NCBI GenBank assembly: GCA_044450345.1
Contig: JBIOIY010000061.1
Location: forward strand, 1-17,361
Length of the DNA: 17,361 nt
From: Thermodesulfovibrionales bacterium
GTDB lineage: Bacteria > Nitrospirota > Thermodesulfovibrionia > Thermodesulfovibrionales > UBA6898
Direction: 5' to 3'
Shown: positions 9,214 to 17,152 of the stretch, in pieces
Position numbering within the stretch: position 1 is the stretch's first letter
Layout of the letters: each line of letters opens with the position of its first letter
Program-made: the position numbers and the translations under genes
The notes under the pieces: model-generated
Database searches by the model: none
The model's input: only the letters and a program-made list of their open reading frames with translations
What the model was told of the DNA's origin: nothing

Positions 9214-10011
9214 ATGGAGAGTCGATCGAATTTCCAGCTTTCAAAATGGTACATGGACTGCGTCGCGGGGGACGGAGCGGTTATTATCGCCTATTGTGCA
9301 GTGCTTCGCTGGCGGCGCCTATCTATTAATTACGCAAGTATCTTGGAACATCGTGACAGGATGGGGACAACGATGAACACTTCGCTGCGAAGGCATCCCT
9401 TGCCAAAAGTGATAGGCCCGGCGCTTTTCTGGAATTCGCATCGTTTAGGGATTGAAGGGAGATGGAAAGCCCTTTCTTCTCCCCTTCACAGGACACTGTT
9501 TGAGTCGGATCAGGGGATAGTAGAATGGCACTGTTACCAGCCTCAGTCTGAAGTTTCTATTCAGATTTCTCCTAATACTTCCATTCTCGGTTACGGATAT
9601 GCCGAGCACCTCCTGATGACCATCAAGCCCTGGGAACTGCCCATTGAAGAATTGAGATGGGGCAGGTTTGTTTCCAAGAGGGATAGCCTTGTTTGGATAG
9701 ACTGGAGAGGCCAGTCGCCTCAAAGCCTTGTGTTCTATAATGGCGTTCAAATAGGACATGCCTCTGTCGGTGATCGCAATATCGTTCTTGATGAGGGGAA
9801 GACGAGTCTATCTTTTGAGGAAAGCATCGTATTGCGCGAGGGCTTCCTCTTTTCCAACGTGCTTCACATGATTCGGGTTTTCAGAAAGATTCTGCCTGCG
9901 CGTTTTCTGCAGACTTACGAGTGCAAATGGCGTAGTCGTGGGATTTTGAGAAGTGGGCAATTTATATCAAGTACTGGCTGGGTAATTCATGAGGTGGTAA
10001 AATTTGGCTAA
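9214..10011 (+). CDS. Hypothetical Trp-rich beta-strand protein, tentatively CrtC/AttH/tocopherol-cyclase-like fold
   Basis: Long ORF without signal or TM segments; KWYMDCV, GYGYAE and LRWGRF resemble the W-Y-x-D, G-x-G-Y-x-[DE] and W-x-W-G-R motifs of CrtC/AttH-like barrels. Alternative starts at 9187 and 9211. Confidence 0.55.
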   Translation: MESRSNFQLSKWYMDCVAGDGAVIIAYCAVLRWRRLSINYASILEHRDRMGTTMNTSLRRHPLPKVIGPALFWNSHRLGIEGRWKALSSPLHRTLFESDQGIVEWHCYQPQSEVSIQISPNTSILGYGYAEHLLMTIKPWELPIEELRWGRFVSKRDSLVWIDWRGQSPQSLVFYNGVQIGHASVGDRNIVLDEGKTSLSFEESIVLREGFLFSNVLHMIRVFRKILPARFLQTYECKWRSRGILRSGQFISSTGWVIHEVVKFG

Positions 10012-10082
10012 GAGGGGAATATCAAGGGCATTTTTGGCCAACGAAGTCTTTCCAAAGAAGAAGAAACGCGAGAAGTTCGAAG

Positions 10083-10712
10083 ATGCCTCCTGAACTCATC
10101 CTTGAGACAAAAAGCATAAAAAAGTTCTTCGGCCATCACAGGGTACTCGAAGATATCACCTTTCAGATGGGGCAAGGTCAGATAGTCGGGATCGTGGGCG
10201 AGAACGGTTCGGGGAAGAGCACACTCCTCAAAATCCTCGCTGGTCTTCTACCGCCGACTTCGGGTGAGTTGCACATAGAGGGCCGCGTCGGATTCTGTCC
10301 GCAGGACCCATTACTCTTCGAGACCCTGACGGTGAGGGAGAATTTCCGATATTTCGCTACTGCCTACGGATTGGACAAAACCGGTACCATGCCTCTTTGG
10401 GAATCTGTGAAGAGGGAGTTGTTGGACCGATTCCATTTCTATCATTATGAAAATAGAATTGTCTCGGAGTTGAGCGGAGGGACGAAGCAGAAATTGAACC
10501 TTTCCCTGGCGCTTCTTCACTCGCCCGACACGGTACTTCTCGATGAACCGTATTCGGGATTTGACTGGGAGACCTATCTCAATTTCTGGCAGTATGCTGA
10601 AGAACAGAGGTCAAAGGGGAAGGGTATTATAGTCGTCACACATTTTGTGTACGAGCGAGCTAAATTCGACACCCTCTTTGAGCTGAAAGAAGGCATCCTA
10701 CGATGCGTATGA
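10083..10712 (+). CDS. ABC transporter ATP-binding protein (exporter type)
   Basis: Walker A GENGSGKST, Q-loop CPQ, signature LSGGTKQK, Walker B VLLDEP, H-loop VTH. Confidence 0.93.
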   Translation: MPPELILETKSIKKFFGHHRVLEDITFQMGQGQIVGIVGENGSGKSTLLKILAGLLPPTSGELHIEGRVGFCPQDPLLFETLTVRENFRYFATAYGLDKTGTMPLWESVKRELLDRFHFYHYENRIVSELSGGTKQKLNLSLALLHSPDTVLLDEPYSGFDWETYLNFWQYAEEQRSKGKGIIVVTHFVYERAKFDTLFELKEGILRCV

Positions 10713-11467
10713 GCTACATCAGAACTTCCACCATGATGACGGGAAAAGACCTTTTGCGGAATCGAATCGCAGTGATTCTCTTCCTGCTGATCCCAAGTCT
10801 TTTCTTTGCACTCATTATATTGACCACGTCGGAGCGACCCATTTTCTTTAAACTGGCCTCCGTTTCCGGGGAGACACTTCTTCAAGTGAGCGAAAGAAAA
10901 GAGGCTCTGATTTTTATCGGCCTCGCCGCCACTGGGCTCATATCTTCGTTTCTCGGTCTAAACCTCCTTCAAGAGCACTCCGGAGTTGATCGCAGGCTAG
11001 TCCTGTGCGGATATAGCACATCGGAATTGATAGTCTCGAAGCTCGTTGTTTTGCTATGCGTTATTTTAATCACAGGAGTTTATGTCGCATCGATGATTCT
11101 GGTGTCTTTTCAACCCCGCCATTTTCTACAGATGATCTCCGGTTTCATTCTGGGTGGATTCGTATACGGATGCTATGGGTTACTCGTTGGTACGATTTTC
11201 AAAAAGGAACTGGAAGGCATCCTCTTCATTGTCCTCTTAGCCAACATCGACGCAGGATGGTTGCAAAACCCGATCTACTATGCTGAGGCGCAGAACAAAG
11301 CAATTATTCGAAGCTTACCCGCTTATTTCCCGTCACAGGCGAGTATGGCCGCTGCCTTTACTGATCATTCGGTCATCAATCCCTTAATGCGGGGGATAAT
11401 TTATGGGATTGTTCTCCTGTTCGTCGCTCTCTTTATTTATTGGAGGAGAATGGGCATCAGGAAATGA
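10703..11467 (+). CDS. ABC-2 type exporter permease
   Basis: About six hydrophobic segments, DRRLVLCGYS coupling loop, overlap with the ATPase stop; alternative ATG at 10709. Confidence 0.8.
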   Translation: MRMSYIRTSTMMTGKDLLRNRIAVILFLLIPSLFFALIILTTSERPIFFKLASVSGETLLQVSERKEALIFIGLAATGLISSFLGLNLLQEHSGVDRRLVLCGYSTSELIVSKLVVLLCVILITGVYVASMILVSFQPRHFLQMISGFILGGFVYGCYGLLVGTIFKKELEGILFIVLLANIDAGWLQNPIYYAEAQNKAIIRSLPAYFPSQASMAAAFTDHSVINPLMRGIIYGIVLLFVALFIYWRRMGIRK

Positions 11468-11507
11468 AGGTTGAATATAAAGATCGTTGGCTGAGGAGAA
11501 AGTTCTA

Positions 11508-13442
11508 ATGGATAAGACATACACACAGATAATTGAAAAAATTCTTTACGCCTTTTTATTTCTGATCGTTTTGCCCGCTTCACTCATTCTCTGGGCACGG
11601 GCAACCGCAGGGTGTGTGCCACTCCTCGTTGTTGGGTCTTTTCAGATCGGCGCTGTTCTCGCCATCTGCGGCGCAGTCATCATGATTACAGGCATGGTAG
11701 CACTCTCGGCATATGGTAACGGACTTCCCATGAGCCCATTCCCTCCTTCCCGCTATGTAACCGAGGGCATTTACGGTTTCATGCCCCATCCAATTTACTC
11801 GGGCTTTTCGCTTCTCTGCGTCGGCACTGCTATGGCTGCAAAATCAGCAAGTGGTTTATGGCTTGTATCGCCGATTGTGATCTTGGCTTGCACTGCCTGG
11901 GTGCTTGGGTTCGAAAGAGATAGTCTGCGAAGGCGTTTCGGGTCTCTTATAACGAAAGCTTTTATCCACCTTCCCGAAGATAAAGCGAGTGCACCGACCC
12001 TCGCGGACCGGTTATCGGTGTACGTTCTGGTTTTCTTTCCCTGGCTTATCCTTTATCAAGCGGTTCGGATTTTTGGGATTCCTCCCGATGCGCACATTGC
12101 CTTCTTCTCTTTTGAGATCGATTTGCCGGTCTATGAATGGACAGAAGTCTTTTATATAAGCACGTATCCTTACGTTCTCTTGGCTCCATTGGCAGCTAAG
12201 AAAATGCATGATCTCCGGAAGTTTTCAATATCCGGATTGATAGCGACCGGAATAATCATTCCGTTATTTCTTATCGTTCCCCTGATCGCTCCACCGCGAC
12301 CGTTTACTCCCAACAGCTTTTTGGGAAATCTTCTAGCTTTGGAGCGGGTATTCGACACTCCAGCCGCTGCTTTTCCCTCTTTCCATGTTTTCTGGGCACT
12401 GCTCGCCGCATCCGTATACGCTGAGGCCAAGCCTTCTTGGAGGATATTTTGGTGGGGATGGGCATTCATAATCGTTGTAAGCTGTATAACCACGGGCATG
12501 CACGCCCTGGTGGATGTACTTGCAGGAGCGGTCGCCTTTTTGTTCGTTTTACATATAGATAAGATATGGGAAAAGATCCTATTAATTGTGGAGGGTATAG
12601 CGAATTCATGGAGGGAGTGGCGTTTTGGCTCTGTCCGGTTAATCAACCACGGAATATACGCTGGCATCGGTTCATTTCTCGGACTTTCTTTAGTCGGGGT
12701 GTTACTTGGCCAAGGGTATATCGCCCCATCCCTTATTGTCGCCCTGTCATCGGTCATCATATCGGCTCTTTGGGCCCAGTTTATTGAGGGATCGGCCGTT
12801 CTGCTGCGGCCATATGGTTATTACGGCGGTGTGTTCGGCGTTGTTTTAGGCTCGCTGATAGCGAAATGGGTCGGAGCAGATGTGTGGCTATTGCTCGCTG
12901 CTTTCAGCGTCGCGGGTCCATGGATTCAGGCCTTTGGCAGATTGCGCTGCCTGGTGCAGGGATGCTGCCACGGCCGCGAGGCATCGAGGGAAATCGGAAT
13001 CCGTTATGTCCATCCGCGCTCGCGCGTCACGCAGATTGCAGGGCTCACGGACATCCCTATTCATCCGACACCTTTATACTCGATACTCTGGAACATCGTT
13101 GTCGGGCTTATCATGGCGCGCCTGTGGTCACTTCACTCACATCCCCCTTTCATCGGAGGATTATATTTGATATTGACGGGGCTTGGAAGGTTTGTCGAAG
13201 AAAATTACCGCGGAGAACCGCAGACCCGCATTTTATGGGGACTCCGTCTTTATCAGTGGCTCGCCGTTGGCGCGGTCATTGCGGGTGCTATCGTTACCAC
13301 TGTCCATTATCGCGTTGAGGTGCCATCGCCAATGTTCAATTGGAAGTCTGTTATGGTGGCGGCGTGCGTCGGCATTCTAACGTTTTTTGCCTTTGGAGCT
13401 GATTTTCCTAATTCGAAGAAACGCTTCTCCCGGCTGGTTTAG
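11508..13442 (+). CDS. Three-domain polytopic membrane protein: PEMT/ICMT-like + PAP2/AUR1-like + Lgt-like
   Basis: N-terminal GNGLPMSPFPP..YVTEGIYGFMPHPIY and ERDSLRRRFG; central APPRP, AFPSFH and SCITTGMHALVDVLAG; C-terminal YYGG, GRLRCLVQGCCHG, HPTPLYS and RFVEENYRGEP. ATG 11508 preferred (SD GAGGAG at 11493-11498). Confidence 0.8.
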   Translation: MDKTYTQIIEKILYAFLFLIVLPASLILWARATAGCVPLLVVGSFQIGAVLAICGAVIMITGMVALSAYGNGLPMSPFPPSRYVTEGIYGFMPHPIYSGFSLLCVGTAMAAKSASGLWLVSPIVILACTAWVLGFERDSLRRRFGSLITKAFIHLPEDKASAPTLADRLSVYVLVFFPWLILYQAVRIFGIPPDAHIAFFSFEIDLPVYEWTEVFYISTYPYVLLAPLAAKKMHDLRKFSISGLIATGIIIPLFLIVPLIAPPRPFTPNSFLGNLLALERVFDTPAAAFPSFHVFWALLAASVYAEAKPSWRIFWWGWAFIIVVSCITTGMHALVDVLAGAVAFLFVLHIDKIWEKILLIVEGIANSWREWRFGSVRLINHGIYAGIGSFLGLSLVGVLLGQGYIAPSLIVALSSVIISALWAQFIEGSAVLLRPYGYYGGVFGVVLGSLIAKWVGADVWLLLAAFSVAGPWIQAFGRLRCLVQGCCHGREASREIGIRYVHPRSRVTQIAGLTDIPIHPTPLYSILWNIVVGLIMARLWSLHSHPPFIGGLYLILTGLGRFVEENYRGEPQTRILWGLRLYQWLAVGAVIAGAIVTTVHYRVEVPSPMFNWKSVMVAACVGILTFFAFGADFPNSKKRFSRLV

Positions 13443-13768
13443 GTATGCGATAAAGATGACACTAAAAGGCAGAAGATTTTACTTCGGAAGCCGTGAAGGC
13501 AAGCATTAAACAAACGCCCCTTGCGAATCAAATATCTTCATTTAGGGTTGGAAGCGTTACTGCTAAGGAGAAGGCTTCTCTAAAGGATATAGGGAGAATG
13601 CGTGAAAAATTGTTCCTTCCGGTGTGTATTTGTTGGAGGAAGGACATCACATTTTACATCTACCTCTTTCGAGAGTAGATGATTAACGGTAAAGAGAGTG
13701 CATGAGGGGAATGGACACCAAGTTATGAAATGCGTTTACAACACCTGTAAACAGAAATGCCGTCTACA

Positions 13769-13972
13769 TTATACTCTCTTTTTCTTTAAACCCAATTCTT
13801 CAGCTACGATATTAAATGCACGCCCCTTTTGATTGCGAGGATCAGATTTTGCTCGACGCAGTTCCAATAAATCGTGATAGTCTTCTAACTCTTCCTGCAT
13901 ACGCACAAAGTCTTTATAAGGGATCACAGCAAATTGTTTTTTGCCTTGTTTCTCAATGATCTGAGCTTCCAT
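13769..13972 (-). CDS. Putative type II antitoxin (RelB/Phd-like)
   Basis: 67 aa with FAVIPYKDF..MQEELEDYHDL and acidic core; ATG directly follows the toxin stop (TAAATG). Confidence 0.7.
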   Translation of the reverse strand: MEAQIIEKQGKKQFAVIPYKDFVRMQEELEDYHDLLELRRAKSDPRNQKGRAFNIVAEELGLKKKRV

Positions 13973-14221
13973 TTATCTATAGGCCTCCTTTCGATGAAGA
14001 ATTCGGTAAATTATAATCTTGTTTGTAGAAACTTCGAATAGCACACGCCAAACACCAACCCGTAGTCGATACTCAGGTGTATGATTCGTTAGTTTCTTTA
14101 TCTTTCCCGTAAGTCCATTTTCCAAAGCAAAAATTGCATCTGCGATTTTTTGAGCATCGGGCTTCGAAAGAGATGCCAAATCTTTTTCGGCCCGTTTGCG
14201 AATTTCTAATTCATATCGCAT
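13973..14221 (-). CDS. RelE/ParE family toxin
   Basis: 82-aa basic protein with IKKL, YRLRVGVWRVLF and ILHRKEAYR. Confidence 0.9.
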   Translation of the reverse strand: MRYELEIRKRAEKDLASLSKPDAQKIADAIFALENGLTGKIKKLTNHTPEYRLRVGVWRVLFEVSTNKIIIYRILHRKEAYR

Positions 14222-14227
14222 GGATTT

Positions 14228-14233
14228 ATTATA
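14228..14233 (-). promoter_or_regulatory. -10 box 6 nt upstream of the toxin ATG (probable leaderless transcript)
   Basis: Minus strand reads cggTATAATaaatccATG; no SD. Confidence 0.6.
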
Positions 14234-14480
14234 CCGCAGAACCTTTTAGAAAATGGAATGGGGTTTACCGAAAACACCGTGCTGACGATAAGATCAACTC
14301 GTCCGGCTGTTCGACCTGTTTATCTTCTCTTCAACAACACTTCTTTTTTTCACATACTGATGCCTCATCTAAGGCATTTTTTTCTCATAGCTCGATGACC
14401 CGATTTAGCTGCTCCGCGCTCAGCGGGGCAACGCTTAAAAGACTCCTGACTTTAATCCGATAGATAGGTTAAAATTGCTG

Positions 14481-16031
14481 GTGTCACTGAGTGAATGCAA
14501 TAACATATTGGTGAGAGGTGTTAACTGGATCGGCGATGCGGTAATGACGATGCCGGCATTGAGGGCGCTCAGACTTGCCAACCGGTCTTCGAGGATAACG
14601 CTGCTGGTAAAACCATGGGTCGCTCCGCTGTTCGAGAAGGACCCGAATATAGACGAGATCATGCTTTATTCGGACGAATATCAGGGCATTTCGGGAAGGA
14701 TCAAACTCTCAAAAAAACTCAGGAGACAGGGTTTCTGTGCTGCACTTCTTCTTCAAAACGCGTTCGATGCCGCCCTCGTCACAACGCTTGCAGGGATCCC
14801 TGAAAGGGTCGGGTATGGCAGGGACGCGAGGGGGTTCCTTCTCACAAAGGCTATCCGCGTTGATGGCCTGACAAAGGGTCTTCACCATATTGACTATTAC
14901 CTCAACCTCTTATCAAAGGCCGGATTGCCCGCAGTGAAAGCCTTGCCCTGGATTTATCTTCAGATTGAAGAACGGTTTGGAGCGAGGGATATGTTAAAAG
15001 ATCTGAAGCGGCCGGTCGTCGCGATCAACCCTGGGGCAGCATATGGGTCTTCGAAGAGATGGCACCCGGAGAGATTTGCCGAGGTCGCAATGAAAGTCAT
15101 CGATGACCTCAGCGGCAGCGTGCTGGTCTTGGGAGGGCCGTCTGAGGCGTCTATCGCAGATGAGATATGTAAAGTTTTAAACGGTTCACTTTCTAATGCG
15201 TTATATTCAGAGCGTGTCTTGTCTGTTGCCGGTAAGACGGACCTGCGTCAATTGGCGGCCCTGATCTCGGAGTGCGACCTTTTAGTGACCAACGATTCGG
15301 GTCCAATGCATATAGGATATGCCGTGGGCACCCCTCTTGTCGCGGTGTTCGGCTCTACGTCGTCTGATCACACGGGCCCCGTAGGCGAAGGTAACCGGGT
15401 GGTCAGAAAAGATATTGAGTGCGCCCCTTGCTATGAAAGGACCTGCAGACGCGGGGATTTGAAGTGCATGGACCTTATTACCGCCGATGAGGTATTCGAA
15501 CCGGTAAGAAGTCTTATGAGCCATCATAGGGCGGTATTCTTCGACAGGGACGGCACGCTCTGCAGAGATGCCGAGTATCTTAACAGGATGGAAGACCTTG
15601 AAATCTTCGGGAAGATTGATGCGCTGAAGAAGCTCAGGGAAAAGGGGTTCTCCCTGATCGGCGTTTCAAACCAGTCTGGGGTTGCAAGGGGAGTTGTGGA
15701 AGTAGAGTTCGTGAGAAAGGTGAACAGGCTCTTTATAGATGAATACGGGTTCGATGATTTTTATTACTGCCCGCACCATCCCGACGAACATTGTTCCTGC
15801 AGAAAGCCCGAGCCTGGACTCCTCTATCGGGCAAGGGCGGAGCATAACATCGACCTGAGGGCATCTTACGTAGTCGGTGATAAAGAGGCGGATCTACTCC
15901 TTGCCAGATCGGTCGGCGCGAAGGCAATTCTTGTAAGGACGGGAAAGGATGAGACTTCTCCTTACGCGGATTTTGTCGCGGAAGATCTTGAAGCGGCCGC
16001 AGGTTTTATCCTCGGAGCGAGCGGCGGATAG
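14481..16031 (+). CDS. waaF: LPS heptosyltransferase II (GT9) fused to heptose-1,7-bisphosphate phosphatase (GmhB, HAD)
   Basis: ILVRGVNWIGDAVM, NPGAAYGSSKRW and TNDSGPMH, then from about 15516 AVFFDRDGTL, SNQSG, CPHHP..CSCRKP and VGD in the same frame. Start is GTG 14481 or TTG 14475. Confidence 0.9.
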   Translation: MSLSECNNILVRGVNWIGDAVMTMPALRALRLANRSSRITLLVKPWVAPLFEKDPNIDEIMLYSDEYQGISGRIKLSKKLRRQGFCAALLLQNAFDAALVTTLAGIPERVGYGRDARGFLLTKAIRVDGLTKGLHHIDYYLNLLSKAGLPAVKALPWIYLQIEERFGARDMLKDLKRPVVAINPGAAYGSSKRWHPERFAEVAMKVIDDLSGSVLVLGGPSEASIADEICKVLNGSLSNALYSERVLSVAGKTDLRQLAALISECDLLVTNDSGPMHIGYAVGTPLVAVFGSTSSDHTGPVGEGNRVVRKDIECAPCYERTCRRGDLKCMDLITADEVFEPVRSLMSHHRAVFFDRDGTLCRDAEYLNRMEDLEIFGKIDALKKLREKGFSLIGVSNQSGVARGVVEVEFVRKVNRLFIDEYGFDDFYYCPHHPDEHCSCRKPEPGLLYRARAEHNIDLRASYVVGDKEADLLLARSVGAKAILVRTGKDETSPYADFVAEDLEAAAGFILGASGG

Positions 16032-16053
16032 TCCGTAAGTAGCTATGGGGAAA

Positions 16054-16062
16054 TGGTATACT
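16054..16062 (+). promoter_or_regulatory. Extended -10 element upstream of waaC
   Basis: TGgTATACT followed by aaatc and GTG 16068. Confidence 0.5.
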
Positions 16063-16067
16063 AAATC

Positions 16068-17117
16068 GTGTCCGGCGCACCAACTCATACGATATCGTTA
16101 GTGAAAACCCCGAAAAAAATCCTGATCGTCAAGCCGAGTTCCCTGGGCGACGTTGTGCACAGTCTCCCGTTTCTTTGTTCGATGAAATCCTGTTTCCCGA
16201 GGTCCGAAATCCATTGGGTCATCGCAAAGGGACTGGAGGGGCTGCTGGATGGAAATCCGATGATCAACAGGCTTATCGTCATTAATAAGGATGTCTGGAA
16301 GAAGATTTCGCACGCAGCTGATACGGTGCGGGAGGTAAGGAGGCTTTTTAAAGAAATCAGGGAGGAACGATACGATCTGGTGGTAGACCTGCAGGGACTT
16401 CTGAGGAGCGGCATCATCACGATGGCCTCCAGCGCCCCTGCGAGGATCGGGTTTACAGAGGCCAGGGAAGGCAGCAGTTTTTTTTATACCGATAAGGTAA
16501 GGGGAGGGAAGGGCCTGCATGCTGTCGATAGGTACATGAAGATCGCCGTTGCGCTGGGGTGTGAAAAGGTTGGAGCCGTCTTCCCGTTCCCCCCTTTTAA
16601 GAACGGAGATTCGTGGGTGAGGTCGTTCAAGAGGGACCTAAAGGAATATGTCGTTATTGTCCCGGGGGCGAGGTGGGAGACCAAGATCTGGCCTGCAGAG
16701 AATTTTGGTAAAGTTGCTTCCCTGCTCCCTGTGCGTTCCGTGGTGGTCGGAAGCAGCGCGGATATAGGGATTGGGGAAAAGATTGTCTCATCTTCCCGCG
16801 GCAGGGCGGTATCAGTGGCCGGGAAAACGACCCTCACGGAACTGATCGAAATAATGAAGGGGGCGAGGCTTGCTATATCGAACGATTCAGGCCCGATGCA
16901 CATTGCCGCTGCCTTCGGCGTTCCGGTAGTTGCCATATTCGGGCCTACGAGTCCGGAGAGGACGGGGCCATACGGAAGTTCTCATGTAATTATAAGAAGC
17001 GGCGCTGCCTGTGCCCCTTGCTTCAAAAAAAAATGCGCGGATTTGAAGTGCATGAAAGAAGTCACGCCTGAAGAGGTTGGTAAGAGGGTAAGGGAGTTTT
17101 TTGGAGCTTTGAAATAA
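16068..17117 (+). CDS. waaC: LPS heptosyltransferase I-like (GT9)
   Basis: KILIVKPSSLGDVVHSLP, DLQGLLRS, SNDSGPMHIAAA, FGPT; adjacent to waaF; alternative GTG start at 16101. Confidence 0.8.
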   Translation: MSGAPTHTISLVKTPKKILIVKPSSLGDVVHSLPFLCSMKSCFPRSEIHWVIAKGLEGLLDGNPMINRLIVINKDVWKKISHAADTVREVRRLFKEIREERYDLVVDLQGLLRSGIITMASSAPARIGFTEAREGSSFFYTDKVRGGKGLHAVDRYMKIAVALGCEKVGAVFPFPPFKNGDSWVRSFKRDLKEYVVIVPGARWETKIWPAENFGKVASLLPVRSVVVGSSADIGIGEKIVSSSRGRAVSVAGKTTLTELIEIMKGARLAISNDSGPMHIAAAFGVPVVAIFGPTSPERTGPYGSSHVIIRSGAACAPCFKKKCADLKCMKEVTPEEVGKRVREFFGALK

Positions 17118-17152
17118 ACCCCGTGAGAAGATATTGGACCTTCTCACGGGGT
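17118..17152. terminator. Perfect 13-bp inverted repeat after waaC (terminator or REP-like)
   Basis: accccgtgagaag, 9-nt loop, cttctcacggggt; no U-tract on the plus strand. Confidence 0.6.

Noticed and set aside
8553..9329. Short ORFs 8553-8735 and 9069-9329
   Set aside because: No SD or motifs; the second overlaps the putative promoter and the 9214 gene in another frame.
14264..14460. Possible minus-strand pseudogene (RIKVRSLLSVAPLSAEQLNRVIEL*EKN...)
   Set aside because: Two internal stops, no recognisable family and no start signal; cannot be supported without a search.
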